A stretch of DNA of 64,000 bases from the NCBI GenBank assembly GCA_041486695.1, contig JBGPLZ010000002.1, forward strand, positions 1,974-65,973. Reading direction: 5' to 3'. This document shows, piece after piece, positions 28,270 through 37,658 of the stretch. A model generated the notes under the pieces. The model did no database searches, was not told the origin of the DNA, and saw only the letters and a list, made by a program, of their open reading frames with translations. Numbering within the stretch: the stretch's first letter is position 1; every line of letters begins with the position of its first letter. Made by a program: the position numbers and the translations under genes. This DNA comes from Acidobacteriota bacterium (GTDB lineage: Bacteria; Acidobacteriota; Polarisedimenticolia; Gp22-AA2).

Positions 28270-29009
28270 GCGGGCGCTGGGGCGCGGGCGCGCCGCAGCC
28301 CGACGTCGTCCGGTTCCTGCAGGGGCCGCAGAAGCGCGGCTTCGAGCTGGCTCGGGCGCTGCGCATCTTCTGGGAGCTGATGCGCGGCTTCCGGGCGCTG
28401 CACTTCGTCGGCCCGTGCGTCACCGTCTTCGGCTCGGCCCGCTTTCAGGAGGATCATCCTCACTACGCGCTCGCCCGCGAGGTCGGGGCCCGCCTGGCCG
28501 GGGCGGGGTTCACCGTCATGACCGGCGGCGGCCCGGGCATCATGGAGGCCGCCAACCGCGGCGCCCGCGAGGCCGGCGGCCGCTCCATCGGCTGCAACAT
28601 CGAGCTGCCGCTGGAGCAGCAGCCCAACCCGTACCTCGACCGCTTCATCACCTTCCGCCACTTCTTCGTGCGCAAGGTGATGCTGGTGAAGTACTCCTAC
28701 GCCTTCATCGCCCTGCCCGGAGGGTTCGGCACGCTCGACGAGATCTTCGAGACCGCCACGCTGATCCAGACCGGGAAGATCAAAGAGTTCCCGCTCGTCC
28801 TGATCGGCCGCGACTTCTGGCGCCCGCTCCTCGAGTTCATGCGCGATCGTCTGGCCGCCGAGGGGACGATCGATCCGGTCGATCTCGACCGGTTTTTCGT
28901 GACTGATTCGGCCGAGCAGGCGGTCGCGGAGGTCACCCGCGTCGCGGTCGGCGCCTTCGGCCTGACCTATGGCCCGCGGGTGCGGCGGCGCTGGCTGCTG
29001 GGGGAGTGA
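28266..29009 (+). CDS. LOG-family protein (cytokinin riboside 5'-monophosphate phosphoribohydrolase / TIGR00730 Rossmann-fold nucleotide-binding)
   Basis: LOG signatures GGGPGIMEA and PGGFGTLDE. The ATG overlaps the stop of the upstream acyl-ligase gene (ATGA). Confidence 0.8.
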   Translation: MSGRWGAGAPQPDVVRFLQGPQKRGFELARALRIFWELMRGFRALHFVGPCVTVFGSARFQEDHPHYALAREVGARLAGAGFTVMTGGGPGIMEAANRGAREAGGRSIGCNIELPLEQQPNPYLDRFITFRHFFVRKVMLVKYSYAFIALPGGFGTLDEIFETATLIQTGKIKEFPLVLIGRDFWRPLLEFMRDRLAAEGTIDPVDLDRFFVTDSAEQAVAEVTRVAVGAFGLTYGPRVRRRWLLGE

Positions 29010-29280
29010 GGCCGCCGGACTCCGGTGGCGGCGTTGCGAATATTGCGTGGCGGTTTCCATCGTTCGGCAATTCTTGCGCCCGATGCATGATTTGCAGGAT
29101 GATAAGAGAGTTTCCGCCCGCTGCTTCGAGACAATTCGACCGCCTGCCAGAGAGGCTAATTGGGCCATAAATGCAGGGAAACGCCGTCCTCCGGTCGGCT
29201 GGAGTCGCCGAGGCCATCATTTTGGCGTGCGGTTTGCTCAGGGGGCAGTCGGGTCCACCTCCGGAGAAGGAGCGAGGAAT

Positions 29281-32200
29281 ATGAATCCAAGAAAATCAGG
29301 CCGCCTTCCCGTGAACTCCCGTTTCATGGCTGCGCTTGCCCTTGTCCTTCCCCTGTTGCTGGATTGGAGCACTGCCCGCGCGGCGGTCCAGTATCTGGGC
29401 AATGGCGCCCTGCAGAACGCCAATGGTGGCTGGGACCTGCCGGCGCAGGGCACCTGCCCGGCGGATCCCTCCAAGGTGACCCGTCCTGATTGTCTCGCGC
29501 TCAGGCTCAACATCGTGCAGGCGAGCTGCGTCGCTCCCAACCTCTCATGGACCACGGGCGGCGTCTGCAACGACCTGGTGAACACCACCCAGGGGGCCTG
29601 CCAAGCCGCGCCCGATCGCCTGTGGAACAGTGCTACCGGCGTCTGCGCGATCGTCATGAAGGACGACGACCGGAACAACGTCACCTGCGCGCTGCACGGC
29701 GGCACCTTCGTCGCGACGGGAACCTGCATCGGCGTCTGGATCATGCCCGCCCGTACCGCTTACACGCCCAACCTCCTCACCAGCAACAGCCCCGGAGATC
29801 AGTGTCTTCGGTGTCACAACGCCGAGACCCAGTACAACGGCACGCGGGTCCGGGACGTGGAGAACTTTCTGTACAGCGGGCACATGAACATGGCCAGGAA
29901 GGTGAAGGTCGGCATGCCATGGGGCGGTCCTCCTTTCAGCTGCAGCAGCGTTCTGTTCACCGACGAGCAGACGTGCGAGGAGAATGGCGCCCAGTGGAAC
30001 CCGACGGTCTATCCGTCCGACGATACCGGCAACACCTTCGACTGGATCAACGGCCGGATCAACGCCAGCGGTGGCCCGTACGATCTGGCCTGGATCTACG
30101 GTGACTGGCTGAGCCCGCTGCCGAGGGCGATCTACCGAGCTCCTGCCAGCTCGTCGCAGGTCTGCAGCGACCCGCGGTACTCCAACTCGACCTGCGTCGC
30201 GAACGGCGGGATCCTGATCAACAACGCCGGCGCCTCATATTCCTGCGCGCGGTGCCACACGACGGGCTGGACCAGCGATGCCACGATCAACACCGCGACG
30301 AACATCGATGGGAAGGACCCGGAGCTGTCGTTCCCCGGAATCACCTGGGACAGAAGCTCCAATGCCGGCTTCGGTGTGGTCAATCTTTCGGGCGGCGTGG
30401 CCAACGACCCCAACAAATATGCCTCCTGGGACCAGTACGGCATCGTGTGCACGAGGTGCCACAGCTCCGCGATCGACACGACCACCGGGACCGGCTCGCC
30501 GGCGCAGTACAGCGCGCCGGCCGGCATGTCGTCCCATCACAGCACCCTCACCGCCTCGGACGTCAGCAGCGGCGCCGGCTACTGCAGCGATTCACGCTTC
30601 ACCGCGCAGGCCCAGTGCGACGCCGCAGGCGCGGCTTGGTTGACGGCGTGCAGCATCGCCGGCGCGTGCAGCGCTCCGGCGTACACGACCTCCGGAAGCT
30701 GCCTGGCCAACGGCGGGAGTTGGACGAAGTACGACACCGCCGTGGCCTGCACGACGGCCGGCGGGACCTTCTATACCTCCTCCTGCAACCTCGCCGGTGT
30801 CTGCAATACTCTCAACCCCGCGCACTCGACCCAGGCGCTCTGCGAGGCGGCGGGCGGGCAGTGGGCCGCGGCCTCGGACATCGTCCGTTGCCTCGACATC
30901 CATGAGTACGGCAAGGAGAACGGCGTCGCGGCCTACACGGCCGCCGTCTGGACCGGTTCCAAAACGAACCGGGGCCCGATCATCACCCGCCTGTGCATGG
31001 ACTGCCACCGGCAGGAAACCTCCGGCATGCCCTACGCCAACGCCAGCGCCACCGCGGGGACCCTGGACACGGTCAACCCCGGTCTCTACCTCAAGGTCGG
31101 GCCGGCGCACAACACGGTCTCGTTCGTCAGCCATCCGCACGGCAACATGTTCCTGAACAGCCCGCACGGGAAATTCACCGGCACCTTCAATCAGATCGCG
31201 ACCGGGAAGTTCTCTTATGCCATGACCGGCGACTACAAGAGCTTCTTCCAGACCGATGGGGAGGCGGCCAACACCGGGAACGGCTGCACGGGATGTCATG
31301 ATGTCCACGAGAGCACGGTCCCCAAGACCAGCCCGTTCCCCGCCATTCGCGAAGAGTGCACGGAGTGCCACGCGAAGAACCTGAACGTGATCATGCATCC
31401 CCATGGCACCGGGACGCCGCTCGAGAACCTGGCGACCGATCCCGTCGAGTCCTGCGAAACGTGTCACATGCCCGGCGGACTGCACCTGTTCCGGGTCAAG
31501 GCGGATGCGGCCTACTCCACCTTCCCCAGCGGCGCTCTGACCGGCACGGTGAATGCCAACACCTCGCCGGACGGCACGTTCACCAACGCGGTCTGGGTCG
31601 ATATGGACCACTCGTGCGGCCAGTGCCACGGCGGCGGGACGGTGCAGGCCTCGACCACGGGCGGCATCCCGAACGGCAGCAAGGTGCTCACCGTCGCCGC
31701 CACGACCGGGTTCGCGGCCGGCGAACGGATTTCCGTCGCCGACGCCGGCAGCCTGAGCTATGACGACGTTGGTTCCGTCGTGAGTGGCGATTTCGAGACC
31801 TACATCGTCTCGGTGGTTCCGCCCGGCACTCTCAATCTGGCGGGCGCCGCGTCCGCCACCGTCAGCGGCAAAAGCGTTCTCCAGAACCCCACCAAGAACG
31901 GCGCGGGCTACATGACCAGGACGCAGCTGGCGAGCCTTGCGAAGGGCATCCACAACGACAAGCCGTACGTATCGTTCGGCGCCAAGCTGGGCAGCCCCAA
32001 CACGCTCACGGTCATGGTGGATGCGTCGGCCTCGACCTGCAGCGGCAGCAGCGCCAACTGCGACGCGTATGATTGGGACTGGAGCGACGGTTCGGCACAT
32101 GGTTCGGGCGTGACGGCGTCCCATACCTATGCAAGCGCGGGCGCAAAATCGATCACCCTGACCGTGGAGCAGTACGGGGTGAACGGGAATTCCCTCACCA

Positions 32201-32748
32201 GGACCGTCACGGTCTACGCTCCCGATGGCCCACCCGTTATCGGCAGCACCTGCACGTGGGATCCGAACACCTGGACCATGGCCCTGGCCGATACCTCGAC
32301 GGACACCGATGGCACGGGCGTGAAGCAGGTGACCGTCAACTGGGGCGATTACAGCCTACTCGCCAGTGACACGACGGCGCCTTTTGGGCCGTTCTCGCAT
32401 GCCTATCTCAATGTGGGCAGCTACGCGATCATCCACAAGGCGATCGACACCATAGGACAGCAGTCCACCGAGACGGCATGCACGGCGGCGCCGGCGTACT
32501 TTGCGATCGGCGGCACGGTGTTCGCGAGCGGTGGCATCACACCCGTGTCCTCGGCGGCCGTGACTCTGAGCAAGGGCGGCTCGGTCGTCAAGACGGTCTA
32601 TACCCTGGCCAACGGCACGTTCGCGGCTGGATTCCTGAAGCCGGGCACCTACACGCTCACGATCACCAAAGTCGGGTACACGTTCCCAGCGGTCGCGCCG
32701 ATCACCGTCGGACCGAGCAGTGCCGGAAACAACGTTTCGGCCATGTAG
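29281..32748 (+). CDS. Large secreted multiheme c-type cytochrome (8 CXXCH) with Cys-pair repeats, two PKD-like domains and a C-terminal CarbopepD_reg-like domain
   Basis: SD GGAGCGAGGAAT before the ATG. Signal peptide. Eight CXXCH sites: CLRCH, CARCH, CTRCH, CMDCH, CTGCH, CTECH, CETCH, CGQCH. Repeated C-x-A-x-GG-x-W/F...C modules. PKD-like segments (DWDWSDGSAHGSGVTASHTYASAGAKSITLTV; VNWGDYSLLASD...SHAY). C-terminal beta-sandwich-like region (GTYTLTITKVGYTF). 1155 aa. Confidence 0.75.
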   Translation: MNPRKSGRLPVNSRFMAALALVLPLLLDWSTARAAVQYLGNGALQNANGGWDLPAQGTCPADPSKVTRPDCLALRLNIVQASCVAPNLSWTTGGVCNDLVNTTQGACQAAPDRLWNSATGVCAIVMKDDDRNNVTCALHGGTFVATGTCIGVWIMPARTAYTPNLLTSNSPGDQCLRCHNAETQYNGTRVRDVENFLYSGHMNMARKVKVGMPWGGPPFSCSSVLFTDEQTCEENGAQWNPTVYPSDDTGNTFDWINGRINASGGPYDLAWIYGDWLSPLPRAIYRAPASSSQVCSDPRYSNSTCVANGGILINNAGASYSCARCHTTGWTSDATINTATNIDGKDPELSFPGITWDRSSNAGFGVVNLSGGVANDPNKYASWDQYGIVCTRCHSSAIDTTTGTGSPAQYSAPAGMSSHHSTLTASDVSSGAGYCSDSRFTAQAQCDAAGAAWLTACSIAGACSAPAYTTSGSCLANGGSWTKYDTAVACTTAGGTFYTSSCNLAGVCNTLNPAHSTQALCEAAGGQWAAASDIVRCLDIHEYGKENGVAAYTAAVWTGSKTNRGPIITRLCMDCHRQETSGMPYANASATAGTLDTVNPGLYLKVGPAHNTVSFVSHPHGNMFLNSPHGKFTGTFNQIATGKFSYAMTGDYKSFFQTDGEAANTGNGCTGCHDVHESTVPKTSPFPAIREECTECHAKNLNVIMHPHGTGTPLENLATDPVESCETCHMPGGLHLFRVKADAAYSTFPSGALTGTVNANTSPDGTFTNAVWVDMDHSCGQCHGGGTVQASTTGGIPNGSKVLTVAATTGFAAGERISVADAGSLSYDDVGSVVSGDFETYIVSVVPPGTLNLAGAASATVSGKSVLQNPTKNGAGYMTRTQLASLAKGIHNDKPYVSFGAKLGSPNTLTVMVDASASTCSGSSANCDAYDWDWSDGSAHGSGVTASHTYASAGAKSITLTVEQYGVNGNSLTRTVTVYAPDGPPVIGSTCTWDPNTWTMALADTSTDTDGTGVKQVTVNWGDYSLLASDTTAPFGPFSHAYLNVGSYAIIHKAIDTIGQQSTETACTAAPAYFAIGGTVFASGGITPVSSAAVTLSKGGSVVKTVYTLANGTFAAGFLKPGTYTLTITKVGYTFPAVAPITVGPSSAGNNVSAM

Positions 32749-32781
32749 GCGATGCGACACCAGGACATCATTGGAGGGACA

Positions 32782-33615
32782 ATGAACAGACTCGTGCGGG
32801 CTGGGCTGGTTGTGGCTGTCGGAGCATGCCTCGCGTCCTACGTCATGGCCTACACCGGCTCGTATACGCCGGGAGCGGGCCTCAACGACACGGTCCATGA
32901 TCTCGGAACGGCCAAGAACGGGATGAACTATGTGGCGATCCCGGCGGACCCTCAGCAGAGGACCTGCATCTTCTGCCACGCCCCGCACAACACCTACAAG
33001 CTGAGTCCGGCCAATGGCGGCCCCGGCGCGCCCGTCGGCGGCGGCCCGCAGGCTCCAGACGCCTTCGATTACCTGCCCCTGTGGAACCATGAGCTGACCG
33101 GCAACTATGCCTCCTACACCATGTACCAGAACGGACCGGGCGCGCCTCAGATCGGCGCGAAGGCCTCCCAGGCGATTCAGAGCGGCATGGTCCCGGGCAG
33201 CGTCTCCCTGCTCTGCCTCAGCTGTCACGACGGAAGCGTGGCCGTGAACTCGTACGGCAACGCCTCGCAGCTCACTGCGTCGCAGAGCAGCGGCGGCGGC
33301 ACGATCGGCGCCGCGTACCTGATCGGCAAGGACAACTATCTGGGGAACCACCATCCGATCGGCTTCAGCTACGACGCGGCGCAGTCGGTGGACCCCGAGA
33401 TCCGCGACGCCAATGTCGCCCAGCTGGGAGGCGCCGGGGCGGTGCGGGATCACCTGTACGGTGCGTCCAGCTCGATGATGGAGTGCGCGACGTGCCATTC
33501 GGTTCACAACAAGAGCAACACCGGTGAGACCCTCCTCTGGAGGAGCGATACGGCCAGCCGGCTCTGCCTGACCTGCCATGACAAGGGCACCGATCCGGGC
33601 GTGGTGACTCCGTAG
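32782..33615 (+). CDS. Tetraheme c-type cytochrome, doubled-CXXCH family
   Basis: SD GGAGGG 4 nt before the ATG. Signal peptide. CIFCHAPHN, CLSCHDGS, CATCHSVHN, CLTCHDKG. The N-terminus is homologous to the N-terminus of the cytochrome at 38710..40569. Confidence 0.7.
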   Translation: MNRLVRAGLVVAVGACLASYVMAYTGSYTPGAGLNDTVHDLGTAKNGMNYVAIPADPQQRTCIFCHAPHNTYKLSPANGGPGAPVGGGPQAPDAFDYLPLWNHELTGNYASYTMYQNGPGAPQIGAKASQAIQSGMVPGSVSLLCLSCHDGSVAVNSYGNASQLTASQSSGGGTIGAAYLIGKDNYLGNHHPIGFSYDAAQSVDPEIRDANVAQLGGAGAVRDHLYGASSSMMECATCHSVHNKSNTGETLLWRSDTASRLCLTCHDKGTDPGVVTP

Positions 33616-33830
33616 TTCGAGAACTGAGTGAACCCGGCGAGAAGGGAATGGCCTCCATCCCCTTCTCGCCTTTTGCGGCCATCCCTTCCTCCACCCTCCG
33701 CGCCATCGCGAGATGGTACAATTCCGCTTCTTGCGATCCTCCGCGCTGGCCGGGACTTTTGAGACGCAACTCCGGCCGCCCGGGCCATCCCACCTTCGAT
33801 CCATGGCTGAAACATGTGGCGGGCGGAATC

Positions 33831-35027
33831 ATGAGACTTCGCGAGGTGGAGGTGGCTGGAGCGCCGCAGATCGGGGAAAGACGAACGAGGCGAACGGGCG
33901 CCTTCGGAGCGATCGTCCCCGCGGTCCTGGCGCTCCTGGCGGCGGCCTGCGCCACGCCCCAGGTCAAGAAGGCGGCCTCCGTCTACTTCCCGCCCTCGCC
34001 GGAGCTCCCCCGTATCCAGTACCTGACATCATTCACCGGTCTGAAAGACGTCGAGGAACAGTCTGCGTTCGACAAGTTCGTCGTGGGCGAGAAACAGGAT
34101 GTGAAGCTGGACAAGCCCTATGGCGTCGCCATCTACGATGGGAAGATCTATGTCTGCGACACCAACGCCACGGTCATCGTTTTCGATCTGAAGGGCAGGA
34201 CCTTTGGCACGCTGAAGGGGGCGGCGGGCCCCGGACAGCTCCTCGGGCCCGTCAACATCAGCATCGAGCGGGATGGCACCAAGTACGTGGCCGACCCCGT
34301 TCGCGGCCAGGTCGTCGCCTTCGACCGGGATGACGGGTACCTCAAAGCCTATGGCGAGCCTGGAGCATGGAGACCGGTTGATGCCGTGCCGTTCCACGAC
34401 CGGCTCTATGTTGCCGACCCCTCGACCGGCCTGGTCAAGGTGTTTGACATCGCCAGCGGCGAGCTCCTCAAGGCGATAGGGGACAAGGGGGAACCCTCCG
34501 AGCGGCTCGACCGGCCCACCAACCTGGCCTTCGACTTCGAAGGGTACCTCTACGTGACCGATGTGGGGCGATTTCAGGTCGTCAAGTTCGACCGGGATGG
34601 TCATTTCAAGGCGACATTCGGAAGGCCCGGCGACAACCTTGGACACTTTGCCCGGCCCAAGGGCATCGCGCTTGATCGTGAAGGTCGTCTCTACGCGGTC
34701 GACGCGTCTTTCAACAATGTCCAGGTCTTCAGCGAGGGAGCGCGGCTGCTGATGTTCTTCGGAGGAGCGGGGGATCAGCCTGGAAGCTTCCTGCTGCCCG
34801 CCAAGGTCGTGATCGACTACGACAACCTGAAGTACTTCCAGAAATACGTCCAGCCCGATTTCGAGATTCAGTATCTGGTCCTGGTGACGAGTCAGTTCGG
34901 ACCCCGACTGGTGAATGTCCTGGCCTATGGGCGGCAGAAGGGGGCCAGGTACCCAAGCGATGAAGAGATCTTGAAGCTGATGGAACAGAAGCGGCAGAAG
35001 GAAATGGAGAAAACACCGAAGGAGTGA
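33831..35027 (+). CDS. NHL-repeat six-bladed beta-propeller (lipo)protein
   Basis: Signal peptide with a lipobox-like LLAAAC. Repeated NHL-type blades (YGVAIYDGKIYVCDT, YVADPVRGQVVAFD, LYVADPSTGLVKVFD, LYVTDVGRFQVVKFD, LYAVDASFNNVQVF). Confidence 0.65.
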   Translation: MRLREVEVAGAPQIGERRTRRTGAFGAIVPAVLALLAAACATPQVKKAASVYFPPSPELPRIQYLTSFTGLKDVEEQSAFDKFVVGEKQDVKLDKPYGVAIYDGKIYVCDTNATVIVFDLKGRTFGTLKGAAGPGQLLGPVNISIERDGTKYVADPVRGQVVAFDRDDGYLKAYGEPGAWRPVDAVPFHDRLYVADPSTGLVKVFDIASGELLKAIGDKGEPSERLDRPTNLAFDFEGYLYVTDVGRFQVVKFDRDGHFKATFGRPGDNLGHFARPKGIALDREGRLYAVDASFNNVQVFSEGARLLMFFGGAGDQPGSFLLPAKVVIDYDNLKYFQKYVQPDFEIQYLVLVTSQFGPRLVNVLAYGRQKGARYPSDEEILKLMEQKRQKEMEKTPKE

Positions 35028-35064
35028 TCCGAAAGATGCCCCGGAGTCTGCCCCTCGAGATCCC

Positions 35065-35601
35065 ATGAGAACCCGGACGGTGGCGATGTTGGTGTGCGTG
35101 GTGGCCGCGCTGACGGCCGGCTGTAACGCCACGACGCGCCACAAGGTTCTCGCGGCGCTGTTCGACGGCGTTCCACCACTCAGAGAGACCGTCCGGTCCG
35201 AGACGAACCAGGGCGCCGAAGGCACGGGGGCCGTGGGGCCGCGGCCGGCGACGCTCTACGAGCATGGACCCTACGCGGCGCGCTTGTGCAGCGCCTGTCA
35301 CGACGCGGCGGCCACCAATGCCCTCGTCGCGCCGAAAGAGACGCTGTGCTTACGCTGCCACGACCTGGGGCTGGTCAAGAGATACGTGCATGGTCCTCTC
35401 GCCTCGGGAGGCTGCCTCGTCTGCCACGATCCGCACAGCTCCCAGTATCAACACCTTCTGGTATCGGAATCCGCCGGCTTCTGCCTGCACTGCCACGACC
35501 GGCAGGACGTGGCGAGAATCGAAGCACACGGCGGCTCGGCGGACAGCTGCACGTCCTGCCATGATGCCCATATGTCGGACAGAAGGTACTTGTTGAAGTG
35601 A
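35065..35601 (+). CDS. Pentaheme c-type cytochrome (c7/c3-like), probable periplasmic lipoprotein
   Basis: Signal peptide and lipobox-like LTAGC. CSACHD, CLRCHD, CLVCHDPHSSQYQHLL, CLHCHD, CTSCHDAHMSD. Confidence 0.7.
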   Translation: MRTRTVAMLVCVVAALTAGCNATTRHKVLAALFDGVPPLRETVRSETNQGAEGTGAVGPRPATLYEHGPYAARLCSACHDAAATNALVAPKETLCLRCHDLGLVKRYVHGPLASGGCLVCHDPHSSQYQHLLVSESAGFCLHCHDRQDVARIEAHGGSADSCTSCHDAHMSDRRYLLK

Positions 35602-35611
35602 AGGCGGGACT

Positions 35612-37639
35612 TTGCGTATCAAGAATGGTCTCATCCTGATGGCAGTGATCGGCGTCGTGAGCGACGTCGCAGTCGCCGGGGGATCCGACTTCTTGCCCAG
35701 GCCGACGAGGAACGGGGCGTTCGTCGACCTGTTCACCTCCTACGAGCGCGACGACAATCCCGGCAGCGTACGGTCGTTCGGCTGGCACGACACCTTCTTC
35801 AAGGAAAAGCTGACCTTCTTTTCGAACGGATACTTTTATCATCCGCGGTTTCTCCAGTACCAGGTGTCCGTGGCCGGGGCCCTGAAGCAGGAGAGGTTCG
35901 AAGCCTCCTATCTCAACCCCCAGGACTGGCGGCATGGAGAGGGCGTGGAGTATGACGGCCGGTTGTTCTTCCTTCCCGAACACCCCTACAATCTCGAGCT
36001 CTACGCGCTTCGGTACGAGCCCCTCTTCAAGACTCAGGCCGCGACGGAGCACGACAGCCTTCAATCGGGATGGGGAGCGTTGTTCCAGTACCGACAAAGG
36101 CCGTGGTTCTCGCACGCGAAATTGAGCGACAGCACCACCCGATCGGGGATCCTGACCTCGAATGTCAGGAGGCTCGGTCTCGACGGCGAGTACGTCACTC
36201 GATTAGGGACCGCAGGCCAGTTCTCCCTGAATGCCTCCGTGAACCCCACGCACTTCTCGAACTCCCAGGGACTCGACGGGCGCTCGACGGAATTCCTGTT
36301 CGGAAACCTTATAAACCTGAAGCGCGTCCGGCTGAACTCGAGCCTCACCCGGAACACGTCGGACCAGGACAATGGTCTCAGCGGGCGGTTTGAGAACGAT
36401 CAGTTCACCTGGTACGAGCTTCTGAGCCTTTACTTCCCGTTGAACTTCCGCAGCGATCTTTCCTTTCGCCGGCAGGAGAATGAGAGCACGATCCCGGACA
36501 CCCTCACTTCGATCGATCGCACCTTGTCCGATACGAGTGAGCAGGTCCAGCTCGACATCGTGCACCGGTTGTTCCGGAGCCTCGACACCACCTACAGGTT
36601 CCTGGACATTTCGCGTGATTCCTCCGGCGGGGAATCGACCTTCCGGTCGAATTCACTCTTCGTCAACTACACCAAGATGATCCCGGACGGACGAGTCCTC
36701 GCGGGCGTGAACCTGGGAAGGAGCCGAAGCGACAATAAGGGCCGGGCGGATGTCGTGGATGAGCCCCATCCCGGAACCGCGGTGCCGGGAGTGTTCACCC
36801 TGGCGCAGCAGAATGCCGATCCGCGCAGCGTCGCCGTGTTCATCAAGTCGCCGCTGTCGCCATTTCAGGCGATTCTCCTGGTCGAAGGCCCGCACTACGT
36901 GGTGACGCCGGTGCTGAACACCCTGCAGATCACCATGCTGGACCTGCCACCGCAGTTCACCGTGCCGGGAACCTATGACTTGTTCGTCGATTACTCGCTG
37001 TCGACGGGCGAGTTCGGGCTGGGGACGGACAACGTCGGCTGCAACCTGAGCGTCGAGCTGCTGAATACCATGTTGACCCCGTACTACAGTTATGCGGCGA
37101 TCCGTTCGACGGTCGAGTCCGGGTCGTTTCCCGGGACTCCTCTTGATTCGACGACGCACACGGTCGGTCTGCGGTTTCACCAGGGACCGCTGCGGGCGAC
37201 CGGGGAATACCAGAACCTCGATTGGGACATCAGCCCTTATCAGGCCTGGAGAAGCGAGGTCCAGTACATCAGCTCGCTGAATCCGAGGACCAGGGTCTAC
37301 CTGAGCGGAGCCTACGTCAACAAGTACTACTCCCACGGCACCTCGGTGGCCTTCAGCGAGCCGTACACCGATGAGAACGCCACCGCCTTCGGAAGCATCC
37401 AGAGGCAGTTCGCTCCGCGCAGTCTGGTTCTGTCCGGGGGAGGGTCGTTCACGCGCCTGCGAGGCCGGGTGGACGGCAATGCGTACACGCTGAACGGCTC
37501 GCTGAGCTGGAAGATCGGCCGGTTGAGTCTGGCGGCCGGCGCGAGCGCGTACAAATCCGATACGCGCGGATTCAATGCCTTCTCGAGCGACCGTTTCCAC
37601 GAATACTATTACGTCTCTCTTCGGAGGGAGTTCTTTTGA
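35612..37639 (+). CDS. Outer-membrane beta-barrel (porin-like) protein, candidate porin partner of the adjacent cytochromes
   Basis: TTG start in the track with a plausible signal peptide (RIKNGLILMAVIGVVSDVAVA-GG). Alternating amphipathic beta-strand pattern throughout. C-terminal ...YYYVSLRREFF with a terminal Phe, typical of OM beta-barrels. The 675-aa size is comparable to MtrB/MtoB-class porins. Confidence 0.5.
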   Translation: MRIKNGLILMAVIGVVSDVAVAGGSDFLPRPTRNGAFVDLFTSYERDDNPGSVRSFGWHDTFFKEKLTFFSNGYFYHPRFLQYQVSVAGALKQERFEASYLNPQDWRHGEGVEYDGRLFFLPEHPYNLELYALRYEPLFKTQAATEHDSLQSGWGALFQYRQRPWFSHAKLSDSTTRSGILTSNVRRLGLDGEYVTRLGTAGQFSLNASVNPTHFSNSQGLDGRSTEFLFGNLINLKRVRLNSSLTRNTSDQDNGLSGRFENDQFTWYELLSLYFPLNFRSDLSFRRQENESTIPDTLTSIDRTLSDTSEQVQLDIVHRLFRSLDTTYRFLDISRDSSGGESTFRSNSLFVNYTKMIPDGRVLAGVNLGRSRSDNKGRADVVDEPHPGTAVPGVFTLAQQNADPRSVAVFIKSPLSPFQAILLVEGPHYVVTPVLNTLQITMLDLPPQFTVPGTYDLFVDYSLSTGEFGLGTDNVGCNLSVELLNTMLTPYYSYAAIRSTVESGSFPGTPLDSTTHTVGLRFHQGPLRATGEYQNLDWDISPYQAWRSEVQYISSLNPRTRVYLSGAYVNKYYSHGTSVAFSEPYTDENATAFGSIQRQFAPRSLVLSGGGSFTRLRGRVDGNAYTLNGSLSWKIGRLSLAAGASAYKSDTRGFNAFSSDRFHEYYYVSLRREFF

Positions 37640-37658
37640 TGCGCGCGCCAGGATCGCC

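Noticed and set aside
28969-29280. N-terminal extension of the giant cytochrome ORF
   Set aside because: It has no signal peptide and overlaps the LOG gene end. The ATG at 29281 has an SD and is followed by a canonical signal peptide.
30592-32124. 510-aa ORF antisense to the giant cytochrome
   Set aside because: No motifs. The + strand has 8 CXXCH plus PKD domains.
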